From contig CAWAKB010000002.1 of NCBI GenBank assembly GCA_963782555.1, forward strand, positions 28,308 through 92,307: a DNA stretch of 64,000 nt. Reading direction: 5' to 3'. A program made the translations under genes and the position numbers. The notes below the pieces were generated by a model, which was not told the origin of the DNA, did not search any database, and was given only the letters and a program-made list of their open reading frames with translations. This DNA is from an uncultured Alphaproteobacteria bacterium. GTDB taxonomy: Bacteria > Pseudomonadota > Alphaproteobacteria > Rhizobiales > Hyphomicrobiaceae. Positions 23,029 to 34,464 of this stretch are shown piece after piece; within the stretch, counting starts at the first letter, position 1, and each line of letters starts with the position of its first letter.

Positions 23029-23088
23029 CGGCCTTTTTTAGCGACTTGTTTAACGTGGTTGCAAGCCGGCCGGCCAAATCACCACGAC
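23029..23088 (-). ncRNA. SAM-II (SAM_alpha) riboswitch
   Basis: Minus strand CGTGGTGATTTGGCCGGCCGGCTTGCAACCACGTTAAACAAGTCGCTAAAAAAGGCCG upstream of metX. Confidence 0.9.
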
Positions 23089-23156
23089 GTGTGCAAGGAA
23101 ATAAGGGGTGGGGGCGGGAGCGTCAAGTGCCGGGTGCTCGGCGGGTGAGCCGGCCT

Positions 23157-23660
23157 CTACCGCCCCGAAAAGAGTCGAATGGCCTCAATGAGCTCTTCCA
23201 AAGTGCCGTCGAGGCCGTGGGTTGGTATGGCCATGCCCTTCAAGCCAAGTGCAGCATTGGCAGCCGCCAACCGTGCCATTCGGGTCTTTTGCAGCGTTGC
23301 CTCAAATTGAGGAACGAGCTCCACCATCAGAAATTTCTGCCTCCGAACCGTTCTGACCGAAAGCTCGGCAATCATCGGCCAGGGAAGCTTGGAACTGCTG
23401 ATCCTTCTGTCGAGGATCCCTTGTCGATCAACGGTCAGCACGTCGGGGTCAGCAAAGACCCGAGCGAGACAAATGACGGCCCCTGTACCGAAGAAAAGAC
23501 CGCCCAACATGAGCGCGAACTCATTGAAGCTCCCCGGCGGGGCTGCGCCCTTCACCCAGAGCCATGAGCTAAAACCGGCAAATGCCGTGCTCAGCAGGAA
23601 ATAGCCAAAGAGCTTTCTGCGCGAGTACGCAAAAACAGCCTGCTCCCTCTCCCAACGCAT
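23157..23660 (-). CDS. Hypothetical membrane protein (STM3941-like); lower GC than neighbours
   Basis: Two TM helices then LTVDRQGILDRR, LPWPMI; start uncertain. Confidence 0.6.
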   Translation of the reverse strand: MRWEREQAVFAYSRRKLFGYFLLSTAFAGFSSWLWVKGAAPPGSFNEFALMLGGLFFGTGAVICLARVFADPDVLTVDRQGILDRRISSSKLPWPMIAELSVRTVRRQKFLMVELVPQFEATLQKTRMARLAAANAALGLKGMAIPTHGLDGTLEELIEAIRLFSGR

Positions 23661-23868
23661 ATCCGTGCCCCAGCCTGCAAAATGAGGCTGATCATTTACA
23701 TCCCTTGAACGTGACCATGCGCGTTTACCAGTATCAGATGGCGAGATAAGCATGCCAACGCGCGTGCGGAGCCCGCGGGCCCTTAGCCTTTGCCTTCTGG
23801 TGCGCGCCTCTGTATCACTTCCCGCGCCTTCAAAATTGAGACGCTGACGCACTCGGGACCAAGCCCCC

Positions 23869-24975
23869 ATGGCCATTGCCGCTCCCCAGCCTAGGCCCGG
23901 CATTCTTGAGATCGAGCCCTACGTTCCGGGTGAAAGCCGGTTGCCGACGGGCCTGACGCCGATCAAGTTGTCCTCCAACGAGACGCCGCTGGGGCCGAGC
24001 CCGAAGGCGGTCGCCGCCTATAAGAGTGCGGCGGGCGAGCTCGAGCGCTACCCCGACGGCGCGAGCGCGGCCCTGCACGCCGCGATCGCCACCCGCTACG
24101 GGCTCAACGCCGGGCGCATCGTATGCGGGGCGGGCTCGGACGAATTGCTGAGCATGCTCGCCCACGCCTACCTCGGCCCCGGCGACGAGGCGATCTTCAC
24201 CGAGCACGGCTTCCTGCTCTATCGCATTATCATCCTCACCAACGGCGCGACGCCCGTCGTGGCGCCGGAGAAGGATCTGCGCACCGACGTTGCCGCGATC
24301 CTGAAGCGCGTCACCGAGCGCACCAAGGTGGTGTTTCTCGCCAACCCCAACAACCCCACCGGCACCTACATCTCGTTCGACGAGGTGCGGGCGCTCAGAG
24401 ACGGGTTGCCGGACCATGTGCTGCTGGTGCTCGACGCGGCCTATGCCGAGTACGTGCGCCGCAACGACTACGAGGCCGGCATCGAGCTCGTCGCCACCAC
24501 GCCCAACACGGTGATGACGCGCACGTTCTCCAAGATCCACGGGCTCGCCGCGCTGCGGTTGGGCTGGGCCTATTGCCCGGAGGCGGTCGCCGACGTTCTC
24601 AATCGCATCCGCGGGCCCTTTAATGTGTCGTCGCCGGCGATTGCGGCGGGAGCGGCGGCGATGGCCGACACCGAGCACCTCGAGACCGCGGCCAAGCACA
24701 ACGAGCGCTGGTTGCCGTGGCTCGCAGCCGAGATCGAGAAGCTCGGCTTGAAGGTAACGCCGAGCGTTGCCAACTTCGTGCTCGTGCACTTTCCCGAGGG
24801 TCCGAAAAAGGCGGCAAGGGCCGCCGATGACTTCCTCAAATCGCGCGCGATCATCGTGCGACGCGTCGACGCCTATGGTTTGCCCCATGCCTTGCGCATA
24901 ACCGTGGGAACCGAGGCCGACAATCGCGCGGTCGTCGCAGCGCTCGCTGATTTCCGCAAAGGAGCCGTCGCATGA
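23869..24975 (+). CDS. hisC: Histidinol-phosphate aminotransferase
   Basis: [34 protein letters not shown]. Confidence 0.95.
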   Translation: MAIAAPQPRPGILEIEPYVPGESRLPTGLTPIKLSSNETPLGPSPKAVAAYKSAAGELERYPDGASAALHAAIATRYGLNAGRIVCGAGSDELLSMLAHAYLGPGDEAIFTEHGFLLYRIIILTNGATPVVAPEKDLRTDVAAILKRVTERTKVVFLANPNNPTGTYISFDEVRALRDGLPDHVLLVLDAAYAEYVRRNDYEAGIELVATTPNTVMTRTFSKIHGLAALRLGWAYCPEAVADVLNRIRGPFNVSSPAIAAGAAAMADTEHLETAAKHNERWLPWLAAEIEKLGLKVTPSVANFVLVHFPEGPKKAARAADDFLKSRAIIVRRVDAYGLPHALRITVGTEADNRAVVAALADFRKGAVA

Positions 24976-25967
24976 CGGGGCCCAAGCCCAAGTCTCAACC
25001 GAGGCCCGAGCCCATGTTCGAGAACGTCGCCCTGATCGGGATTGGCCTTATCGGTTCCTCGATCAGCCACGCGATGCGGCGCCAGGGGCTGGCGCAAATG
25101 ATCACCGGCTCGGCGCGCACCAAGGCGACCATCGAGACGGCGCTGGCTTTGCGCCTCGTCGATCGCGGCTGCGTGCATGCTGCCGACGCGGTGAAGGGCG
25201 CCGACCTGGTGATCCTCTCGGTGCCGGTGGGCGCGTGCGGCGCGCTTGCCGCCGAGATCGCACCCAACCTGCGCGACGGCGCGATCCTCACCGACGTCGG
25301 TTCGGTGAAGGCGGCCGTGGTGCGCGACATGGCTCCGCAGGTGCCAAAGGGCGTGCACTTCGTGCCCGGCCACCCCATTGCCGGCACCGAGCAGTCGGGG
25401 CCCGAGGCGGGCTTCGCCGAGCTCTTCGACGGGCGCTGGACGATCCTCACGCCGACGCTTGGGACGGATGAGGCCGCCGTCGCCAAGCTCAAGGCGTTTT
25501 GGGAGGCGCTCGGCTCCAAGGTCGAGATCATGAGCCCGGAGCACCACGACATGGTGCTCGCCGTAACCAGCCACCTGCCGCACCTGATCGCCTACAACAT
25601 CGTCAACACGGCTGCCCACCTGGAGCGCGTGACCAACTCGGAGGTCATCAAGTTCTCGGCCGGCGGCTTCCGCGACTTCACGCGCATTGCCGCCTCCGAT
25701 CCGACCATGTGGCGCGACGTCTTCCTCAACAACAAGGAGGCGGTCTTAGAGATGCTCGGCCGCTTCTCGGAGGATCTCGCCGAGCTGCAACGCGCCATCC
25801 GCTTCGCCGACGGGGAGACGCTGTTCCGGCTGTTCACAGAGGCGCGCGCCATCCGCCGCGGCATCATCGAGGCAGGCCAAGACACGGCTGCTCCCGACTT
25901 CGGCCGCGCGCAGCAGGCGGCCCCCGAGGCTCCTCAGCCGGGCAGGACGAAGCACGCAGCCAAATAG
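24972..25967 (+). CDS. tyrA: Prephenate/arogenate (cyclohexadienyl) dehydrogenase
   Basis: [39 protein letters not shown]. Confidence 0.92.
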   Translation: MTGPKPKSQPRPEPMFENVALIGIGLIGSSISHAMRRQGLAQMITGSARTKATIETALALRLVDRGCVHAADAVKGADLVILSVPVGACGALAAEIAPNLRDGAILTDVGSVKAAVVRDMAPQVPKGVHFVPGHPIAGTEQSGPEAGFAELFDGRWTILTPTLGTDEAAVAKLKAFWEALGSKVEIMSPEHHDMVLAVTSHLPHLIAYNIVNTAAHLERVTNSEVIKFSAGGFRDFTRIAASDPTMWRDVFLNNKEAVLEMLGRFSEDLAELQRAIRFADGETLFRLFTEARAIRRGIIEAGQDTAAPDFGRAQQAAPEAPQPGRTKHAAK

Positions 25968-25969
25968 CG

Positions 25970-26653
25970 ATGGCGAATAAACGCGACCTCTGGGTGTTTG
26001 CCTACGGCTCGCTGATGTGGCGGCCGGGCTTCTGCTTCCAGGAGGTCGCCCACGCCAAGCTCGTCGGCTGGCAGCGCTCCTTCTGTATCTACTCGCGCTA
26101 TCACCGCGGCACCGAGCGCCGCATCGGATTGGTGCTCGGCCTCGACCGCGGGGGGGCCTGCGAGGGCATGGCGTTCCGGGTGGCAGCAGCCGACGCGGCG
26201 GCAACGCTTGAGTATCTACGCGAGCGCGAGCAGGTGATCAGCGTCTACCGCGAGGCGCTGGTGCCGATCACGCTGCTGATACCGGAGCGGCGTGAGGTGA
26301 TGGCGCTCGCCTTTCTGGTGGAGCGCGCCCACCCGAGCTACGCAGGCCGCCTGCCGCTATCGGAGCAGGCGAGCCTGATCCGCGGCGCGAGCGGGCGCTC
26401 GGGCAGCAACCTCGACTATCTTGTCAGCACGCTCGACCACCTCAAGGAGCTCGGCATCCGCGAGCGGGCGATCGAGCGACTGGTGGGGCTGGTGGGCGCG
26501 CACGTAGCGCGCAGCGCCGGAGCGGGCCCCGCGCGGCCCAACGCGCACCATGTGCTTGCGCACGGATGCTGCCGCCGGCCGCCGCGCGTGCGGCCCTTGA
26601 AGCCGGAGGACGTGCGCCGCTTCGGCTACCGCACGGTGCTGGGCGTGCGCTGA
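25970..26653 (+). CDS. ChaC-like gamma-glutamylcyclotransferase
   Basis: LWVFAYGSLMW, HRGT, LREREQ. Confidence 0.9.
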   Translation: MANKRDLWVFAYGSLMWRPGFCFQEVAHAKLVGWQRSFCIYSRYHRGTERRIGLVLGLDRGGACEGMAFRVAAADAAATLEYLREREQVISVYREALVPITLLIPERREVMALAFLVERAHPSYAGRLPLSEQASLIRGASGRSGSNLDYLVSTLDHLKELGIRERAIERLVGLVGAHVARSAGAGPARPNAHHVLAHGCCRRPPRVRPLKPEDVRRFGYRTVLGVR

Positions 26654-26743
26654 AAGCTTGTCGGAGGACAAGCTTGAAACGCGACAGTGTCAGACCCTTG
26701 CGGGTCTGACACCGTTTCGTAGAGAGCAGCAGAGGGAACTGGT

Positions 26744-27178
26744 TCAGTGCAGCGCGCTGCCGGCGAGGCGGGCGAAGTCGGCCTCGATCTGGCCCGTGCG
26801 CAGGTCGAACTCGACGAGCTTGGCCAGCTTGGCGCTCTCGGCCAAGAGATGCACGTGGACCTCGTCGGCGCCGAGCTCGGCGCCGCGCTGGCGAATCTCG
26901 GCGAGGTTGAGCGTAGCGGCTGTGTTGCCGACGCGTCCGATGCAGAGCACCTTGCGCCGGGCGCCGGGCTCGCGCCGCACCAGCACGTAGTTGGCGGCCG
27001 GCAGCGGCGGACACTCGAGCAGCTCGTAGACGGTATGGACGTAGCGCTTGCCCGAGGCGCCGGTCCAGAAATGGAAGCGGTTGGCCTCGTTGATTTTTAC
27101 GTCGGACGCCGCCGGCGCCTCGCTCATCTGCGAGCGCTTTGCCCTGAACGCGGCGAGATCAATAATACGCGCACCCAT
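26744..27178 (-). CDS. Conserved hypothetical protein; start could be 27256
   Basis: IDLAAFRA lead, FHFWTGASGKRYVHTVY, NYVLVR...LCIG, VHVHLL. Confidence 0.7.
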   Translation of the reverse strand: MGARIIDLAAFRAKRSQMSEAPAASDVKINEANRFHFWTGASGKRYVHTVYELLECPPLPAANYVLVRREPGARRKVLCIGRVGNTAATLNLAEIRQRGAELGADEVHVHLLAESAKLAKLVEFDLRTGQIEADFARLAGSALH

Positions 27179-27216
27179 GACTGACGATCCCTTAGCGGCC
27201 CTTCGGCTCACTTTTT

Positions 27217-27231
27217 GTTCGACGCCTTTTC
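27217..27231. promoter_or_regulatory. Possible LexA box (GTTC-N7-TTTC)
   Basis: One mismatch to the alphaproteobacterial GTTC-N7-GTTC; about 40 bp upstream of ATG 27178. Confidence 0.35.
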
Positions 27232-27405
27232 TTACCTGGGCCAGCCTATGTTCCATTGCTTAACGATGCCCATGGTTTCGAGCTTTATTGTGGCCCGATC
27301 TCAGTGATTTTGCGGCAAAGTGAACGCAATCTTGCCGCAGGTTGCGAACTCACAAGGCCCCCCTTCAACGCCGCTTAACACGTCGCGTCGACGCGGACTG
27401 CGCGC

Positions 27406-29789
27406 TCAGCCGCAGCGGGAGAAACCGCACGCATGACAGACCCAGCATCCTTCGCGATGCACATAGTCGGCCGAGGAGCAGCGCGGGCACAGCTTCAGGC
27501 GGGCGGGGCGCTCTCCTGCCGGAGCAGCACCGTGCGCGGCTGCGTCCGCTTGTCGCTGTGCGGCGCCGAGCGCGAGGCGGGCCTCGTCGCCCTGCAGGAA
27601 GCCGGTGCGGATCATGTGGGTCTCGATCACCTCGCCGATGGCTGCGAGCAGGCTCGGCACGTAGCGCCCGCCGACCCAGTGGCCGCCCTGGGGATCGAAC
27701 ACGGCCTTCAGCTCGTCGGCGACGAAGGTGACGTCGCCGCCGCGGCGGAACACGGCGCTGATCATGCGGGTCAGCGCCACCGTCCAGGCGTAGTGCTCCA
27801 GGTTGCGCGTGTTGATGAAGATCTCGAACGGGCGCCGGCGGCCGTCCCGCTCGATATCGTTGATAGTCACGTAGATGGCGTGGTCGCTGCCCGGCCACTT
27901 GAGCTTGTAGGTGTAGCCGCCCAGCACGGTCTCGCGCTCGAGCGGCGGGGCCATGGAGACGACGTTGGCGCGCTCCTCCGACGGCACCGGCGCGATCTCG
28001 AAATGCCGCTCCTTGGCGGGGCTCTTGGCTTGCGCGGGCGCCTTTTCGGCAGGCGCGGCCGCAGCCTCCGTGGCGGGCTGCAGCACTGCCCCCGTCACCG
28101 GATTGGGACGGTAGGTGGTGCAACCTTTGAGGCCTAGAGCGTGCGCCTCGAGATAGACGTCCTTGAAGGCTGCAAAGGAGATGTCCTCCGGGCAGTTGAT
28201 GGTCTTGGAGATGGCGGAGTCGACCCAGGGCTGCAGCGCCGCCTGCATGAGGAGGTGCTCATGGGGACTCAGGTCGCCGGCCTTGACGAAGGTGGCGGGC
28301 AGCGCGGCGGCGGCTCCGAACTGGCGGCGGAAGAGCGCGTGCGCATGGTCCTCGACCAGCTCCTCGTGGGTGGCGCCGCCTTGACCCAGCACGCGGCGCC
28401 GATAGACAAAATCATAGACCGGCTCGACCCCGCTCGACACGTTGCCGGCAAGCAGCGAGATGGTGCCGGTGGGCGCGATCGAGGTGAGGCAGCCGTTGCG
28501 AATGCCGTGGTTGCGGATCGCGGCGCGCACGGGCTCCTCGAGCCGGGCGAGGTTGGGGCTTTCGAGAAACGGCTCGGAGTCGAACAGCGGGAACGTACCC
28601 TTCTCGGCGGCGATCTCGGCGCTGGCGAGATAGGCCGCGTTCTGGATCGCTGCCATCCAGCTGCCGGCAAGCTCGGCGGCCTCCTTGGTGCCGTAGCGCA
28701 CGCCGCAGAAGATCAGCGCGTCGGCGAGCCCGGTGACACCCAGCCCGATCCGGCGCTTGGCCAGCGCCTCCTTGCGTTGGGCCGGGAGCGGGTAATTGGA
28801 CACATCGATGACGTTGTCGAGGAAGCGCACCGCGAGCTGCACGCGCGCTTCGAGCTTGTCAGAATCGAGCGTTGCGCCGCTGGTGAAGGGGTGCTCGATG
28901 AGGCTTGCGAGGTTGATCGAGCCGAGCAGGCAGGCCCCGTAAGGCGGCAACGGCTGCTCGCCACAGGGATTGGTGGCGTGGATCTCCTCGCAGTAGCGCA
29001 GATTGTTGCGCTCGTTCACGCGGTCGATGAAGATCACGCCCGGCTCGGCGAAGTCGTAGGTCGCCTGCATGATGCGCTCCCACAGCGCGCGTGCGGGCAA
29101 CGTGCGGTAGACCTTGCCGCCGAAGACGAGATCCCAGGGGCCGTCCTCGCGCACGGCCTTGAGGAAGGCGTCGGTGACCAGCACCGACAGGTTGAAATTG
29201 CGCAGGCGACGCGGATCGGACTTGGCGTCGATGAAGGTCTCGATGTCGGGGTGGTCGCAGCGCAAGGTCGCCATCATGGCGCCGCGGCGGCTGCCGGCCG
29301 ACATGATGGTGCGGCACATGGCGTCCCACACGTCCATGAAGCTCACGGGGCCGGAGGCGTCGGCGCCGATCGAGGCGACGCGCGCGCCCTGCGGGCGCAG
29401 CGTGGAGAAGTCGTGCCCGATGCCGCCGCCCTGCTGCATGGTGAGGGCCGCTTCCTTCACGCCCTCGAAGATGGCGCCGAGGTCGTCGGCGATGGTGCCA
29501 AGCACGAAGCAATTGAAGAGCGTGACGGAGCGGCCGGTGCCGGCGCCGGCGAGGATGCGGCCGGCGGGCAGGAAGCCGAAGTCGGCGATGCCGTCGTGGA
29601 AGCGCCGGGCCCACGTCTCCTTCGCCCGCTTGCCGCCCTTCTCGACCGCAGGCAGCGGCGCGGGCGACGCGCCAGAAGGTGTCGTCGAGGCCGGCGTCGA
29701 TCAGGCGCGCCTTGAAGCGTCTTGAGGCGATACTTGAGGTCCCAGATCTCTTCCGAGATCGGAGCCAGGAATTGGGGCTGGTGAGGCAT
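27406..29789 (-). CDS. nrdJ: Adenosylcobalamin-dependent (class II) ribonucleotide reductase; frameshift(s) near the 5' end
   Basis: PAGRIL, LFNCFV, QQGGGIG, TNPCGEQPL, CLLGS, IAPTGTIS, GCTTYRP, C-terminal CPRC...CHAC. Confidence 0.93.
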
Positions 29790-29849
29790 GGGCGCGTCCT
29801 GCTCTCGAAGCCGAAATATGGGCTCGCGAGGCACAAAAAGTCAATTAAT

Positions 29850-29875
29850 GTTCCTATTATATTCTATATTTGTTC
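29850..29875. promoter_or_regulatory. Tandem LexA-like boxes upstream of nrdJ
   Basis: GTTC-CTATTAT-ATTC-TATATTT-GTTC (GTTC-N7-ATTC-N7-GTTC). Confidence 0.6.
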
Positions 29876-30251
29876 GAGGGGCTGAGGGCTCCTGACTGAG
29901 CGCAAAAACGAAAAGGACGCTGATCCGGGGGGAGAGATCAGCGTCCATGGTCTGCCACCGGCCCTGGGGGGAAGGGGCGCTTCCGTGAGGGAAACGGAAG
30001 GGGCGGCTCACCCTGATATAGGTAGCGACGGGCCCAAGCGAAGTGGTCGAGGCGCGATCCGGAAGAGATCGTTGTCGCACCCGGCGGCCGGCCAGAATCG
30101 CGTAGTCGGATACCGCCGTCAAAGGGCTACTAGAATACGCAGTCCTGCCAATGATTTACCTCTCTAGTATGACACTTTTGCGACGTATGGCCCAAACGGC
30201 GGGTGCTTTGACGCCGAGCGGAGTTTTGTTAATTAATGGCTTTAAATTTAG

Positions 30252-31061
30252 TTAATGTTTTAGGTACCGGAGCCTCTGGTCCCTGGCCACCACAGCTTCG
30301 GCATGCGCAAGTGTGGCGGCGGAGATCGGCGGCGGATTGGCGCGGCGCGCCGCCTCCAAGATCAGCCGGTTCGCTGCCGCCTCGATGCGCGCTTGAAGCT
30401 CGGTGCGGAACTCGGCCCGCGGCAGCCCGGCCGGGATCGGGTCGAGGATCTCCACGATGATCGTGCCGGGATAGCGCATGAGCTTGCGCCGCGGCCAGTA
30501 GAGGCCGGAATTGAGCGCCATGGGCACGCAGGGCAGCCCAGCTCCTCGTAGAGCGCCACGGCGCCCGGCTTGTAGTCGGGCTCTGCCCCCGGCGGACGGC
30601 GCGTGCCCTCGGGGAAGATCAGGATCTCGCGGCCGGCGGCGGCGCGCGCCTTGCGCGTCGCGCTCGAGCTTGCGCAGGGCTGCCGGCCCGCGCGAGCGCT
30701 CGACGAAGATGTGCTCGAACTTGCGCGAGAACCAGCCGTAGAAGGGGATGTGCCGGAGCTCGGCCTTCATGACCAGCGCAGGGTCGGAGAAAATCGGGAT
30801 CAGCGCGAAGGTGTCCCACGCCGACTGGTGCTTGGAGGCGACGAGGTAGGGGGGCTTAGGGAGCTTCTCGCGCCCGCGCACCTCCATGCGCGTGCCCACG
30901 ATGACCCGTAAGAGCCACAGCGTGACGATCGCGTGCGCCTTGAGACCCATCATCGCGTAGCGGCGCGGGCCCAAACAGCAGGAAGGAGCCCAGCACCACG
31001 AACAGCGCCGTGTTGATGTAGAAGACGGGCACGAACAGGATCGAGCGCAGCACGTCATCAA
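30252..31061 (-). CDS. plsC: 1-acyl-sn-glycerol-3-phosphate acyltransferase; several frameshifts
   Basis: ASKHQSAWDT, IFPEGTR (alternate frame), PMALNSG. Confidence 0.85.
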   Translation of the reverse strand: MMTCCARSCSCPSSTSTRRCSWCWAPSCCLGPRRYAMMGLKAHAIVTLWLLRVIVGTRMEVRGREKLPKPPYLVASKHQSAWDTFALIPIFSDPALVMKAELRHIPFYGWFSRKFEHIFVERSRGPAALRKLERDAQGARRRRPRDPDLPRGHAPSAGGRARLQAGRRGALRGAGLPCVPMALNSGLYWPRRKLMRYPGTIIVEILDPIPAGLPRAEFRTELQARIEAAANRLILEAARRANPPPISAATLAHAEAVVARDQRLRYLKH

Positions 31062-31086
31062 AGACGGGGAGAGGACAAGGGAAGCC

Positions 31087-31734
31087 TCAGATCCCGGCCG
31101 GGTGGCCGCCCGGCATCTCGGCGAGCGAGCTCGGTTCGCCGCTGCGCAGCAGCCGTGCCACGGTCAGGTGGGCCGCAGCGGGCAGGAACTTCAGGTACTC
31201 CGACAGCAGCACGACGCGTGACGGAGGCATTGAGCCACCAGCGGCGCTCCGGAAATCCTTTGGGCACGATCGGGTGCGGAATGAGCCGCGCCGTCGGGCA
31301 GTGCCAGCGACAGCTCAGCAAGGCTGCGTGGCATGTGATAGCTCGCCGTCACCACGATGAGCGTGGCATAGCGGCGCTGCGCGGCCCAGGCGCGCGCTTC
31401 ATCGGCATTGCCTGCCGTGTCGAGCGCGGTGTAGCCGATGTCGACGCAGCAGTCGAACTTCTGCTCGGGCAGTCCGGAGATGCTCATGAGCGCCCGCTTG
31501 CCGGTGCGCCGGTAGACGCCGGAGATCAGCATGCGCTCAGCGCGCCCTTCGTTGAGCAGGCGCGCCCCTTCGGCGATGCGCCGGCTTTCGCCGGTGAGCA
31601 CCACGATGCCGTCGGCATGCAGGTCGGCGGGCGCCGGCGGGCGCGTGACGACGGTAGCGAACAGGACGAAGCCAAGCGCAAGCAGCGAAACGCCGCCCCT
31701 GTCCCCAGGATCATCACTCGCAGCACCTCTTCAT
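31087..31734 (-). CDS. YdcF/DUF218 family protein; frameshifted
   Basis: IVVLTGESRRI, MLISGV, TAGNADE, VVTASYHMPRS. Confidence 0.85.
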
Positions 31735-31907
31735 CGCATCGAGATCTTTGCTTTCGCCGAACGTCCGACGCACGCTCGTACGGGGACTGCAACACGCTGC
31801 GGCAGCACACTAGCCGATTTGGTCCAGGTTGTGACAGGGACTTTGCGAGCGTGATGCGAACGAAAGTGCGCGCCGCACGCGTGCCCGGCCGCGCCGAAGT
31901 CGCATGT

Positions 31908-33033
31908 CTAGGGCTTGGCGTTGAGGATGCGGAACACGCCGAATCGGGACGTCAGCATGCACAGCGCCGCGATGATGATGACGACGACGCCCAGCAGCGA
32001 GGTAGCCGGCGAGGTCGAGGCCGCCGGCGCCGACGAGGCGGTGCATCTCGGCCACGGTGATATCGCCGCCGCCCAGGATCTCCATGACAAGGCGCATCGA
32101 CAGGAACACCGCCATGGCGCAGGCGGCGCCGACGAGGCCCGCGCGAATGCCGAGCCGCAGGAAGTGCTTCTCGAACTCGCGCGCGATGAAGCGGTCGGTG
32201 GCGCCGACGAAGTGCAGGACCTCGACGATCTCGCGGTTGGAGGCCATGGCCGAGCGGGTCGCCGAAACGATAATGGCGGTGGTCGCCGCGCCGACCAGCA
32301 GCAGAATCGCAAGGCCGCCGAGCGCGAAGGAGCGCGTCACCGTCCTGATCTGGCGCTGCCAGTGGCGGTGGTCGTCGAGCGTGACGCCCTTGAACTTCTT
32401 TGCCGAGCTCGGCCGCGCAGCGCTTCGATGTTGGGCGGGGCCTGCCGGTCGATCTCGATGGCGATGAGGCGCGGTACCGGCAACTCACTCAAGCACGTCG
32501 GACTGGCCGAGCCACGGTTCGAGCAGCTTGGTGGCATCTTCGAGGCTCAGCGCCTTGGCGCGCGCGATGCCGTTGCTGGCGCCCAAGGAAGGCCTGCACG
32601 TCGCCGCACGGTCTTTGTCGGTGTCGACATTCTCCTGCGGCTCGACCTGGACGGTCACCTCGCTGGCGATGTCCTTCAGCCAGGCGTTGGCCGATTCGTT
32701 GATCATGTAGACGGCGCCCGCCGTGAGGCAGGCGAGGAAGCACATGATGGAGATGACGAGCGTGAGCGAGCGGCCCGTGACCGAGTCGGGCGGCACCACA
32801 GGCGTGTGTGTCGTCTGCTTGCTGCCCCTTGCGCTTGTTGGCACGCGCCGGTGCGTGGACGTCAGGTCGGTGGCCGTCGTGCGTGGCGCGTGTTGAGCCG
32901 GCGTCCCGTAGTGATAGCTCTGCGCGTCCGGACCCGTGGCGGGCCCGGTCATAACGTCGTCGAAGGGATCGAAACCAGTCGCCGATGGCAACGTGTTCCG
33001 GCGCCCGCCGGGTCTGTCATACGATCCGGACAT
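31908..33033 (-). CDS. ftsX: Cell division permease; split over three frames
   Basis: VISIMCFLA, LLEPWLG, LPVPRLI, EIVEVLHFVGATDRFIAREF. Confidence 0.88.
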
Positions 33034-33674
33034 GGCCGTCGTGCAGCTCCAGACGCGGCGCCTTGAACTGCCGCATCAGTTGATGGTCATGGGTTGCGAT
33101 CAGCACGGATGTGCCGAGGCGATTGAGCTCGATGAAGAGGCGCAACAAGCGCCGCGCCATCTGCGGGTCGACGTTGCCGGTGGGCTCGTCGGCTAAGCAG
33201 GAGCTCAGGCTTGCCGATCACCGCCCGCGCGATCGCCGCCCGTTGCTTTTCTCCGCCGGAGAGGATCGAGGGATAGGCGTGCATGCGGTCGCCGAGGCCG
33301 ACCCACTGCAGAAGATCTGTCACATCCTCCCTGTAGTCGGCAATGCGCTTGCCGACAACGCGCAAGGGGAGTGCGACGTTCTCCCACGTCGTCAGATGGT
33401 CGAGGAGGCGGAAGTCCTGGAACACGATGCCGATGCGCCGGCGCAGCTGCGCGCGCTTCGAGGTCGAGATGCGGCTGACATCCTGGTTGAAGAGGAAGAT
33501 ATGACCGCGCGTCGGATGCTGGGACATGAACAGCAAGCGCAGAAGCGAGGTCTTGCCCGCGCCCGAGGGGCCGGTGAGGAAGTGGAACGAGCCCGGCCGC
33601 AAATGGAAGCTCACCTCCTCGAGGACCTCGGTGCCTCTCTCGTAGGCGAGCGCGATGTTGTTCAATCGAATCAC
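33017..33674 (-). CDS. ftsE: Cell division ATP-binding protein; frameshift near 33195
   Basis: GPSGAGKTS, IVFQDFRLL, LSGGEKQR, ADEPTGNVD in the shifted frame. Confidence 0.92.
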
Positions 33675-33888
33675 GAGTATCAGCCAGCCGTTTGCGGCAT
33701 TAAAGGTTAAGGTCCGGGACCCGTCGGGAACGCCTGTCGCGCGATCAATTGGTCAGGAATGTGGCGGCCTCGTGTGCGTACTGAACTTCATACGAGCCGT
33801 GGACGTTATGGCGGCATTGTGGTGGTGATGCAATGTCCTGCTATCCTGCCCCCTCCAAAGCGGCGCAACGGCAACTGGACCAGCGGCC

Positions 33889-34438
33889 ATGACCTATGAC
33901 ACTGCAGCCGGCCCCGAGCTCGAGGTGATCTTTGCCCCGGAGGCGATTGCCCACCGGCTCGGCGAGATTGCGCGCGAGATCGCGGCCGACCGCCTGGAGA
34001 ATTTGATGGTGGTGGCGATACTGAAGGGAAGCTTCGTGTTCGCCGCCGACCTCATCCGTGCCCTGCTACCGCGTCGGGCTGGCGCCCGAGGTCGATTTCA
34101 TGACGCTGTCGAGCTATCGCAAGGCGCGCACGTCCTCGGGCCAGGTTACGATCCTGCGCGACATGGACCTCGACGTGCGGGACCGCAACGTGCTCATCGT
34201 CGATGACGTGCTCGATTCAGGGCGCACGCTCGCCTTCGCCAAGGATCTTATCGCTGCGCGCGGCGCGCGATCGATCAAGACGTGCGTGCTGCTCGACAAG
34301 CGAGTGAAGCGCGCCGTCAACCTCGAGCCGGACTATTGCGCTTTCGAGTGCCCGGACACGTTCGTGGTTGGCTACGGCATGGATGTCGCCCACCGCTACC
34401 GCGAGCTGCCGTTCGTGGGGCGGGTGGTGCGCGAGTAG
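33889..34438 (+). CDS. hpt: Hypoxanthine phosphoribosyltransferase; frameshift near 34065
   Basis: ILKGSFVFAADL, LSSY, VLIVDDVLDSG, FVVGYGMD. Confidence 0.92.
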
Positions 34439-34464
34439 TTTTCTTCACAACGGGGGAGTGAGCG

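Noticed and set aside
29940-30070. Cobalamin riboswitch or SRP RNA upstream of nrdJ
   Set aside because: Only fragments (GCCACCGG..GGGAAGG, TCCGGAAG) on the strand opposite nrdJ; core motifs missing
30229-30255. CtrA boxes in the AT-rich patch
   Set aside because: TTAA half-sites are spaced 5, 6 or 9 nt rather than 7, and the patch is at a gene 3' end
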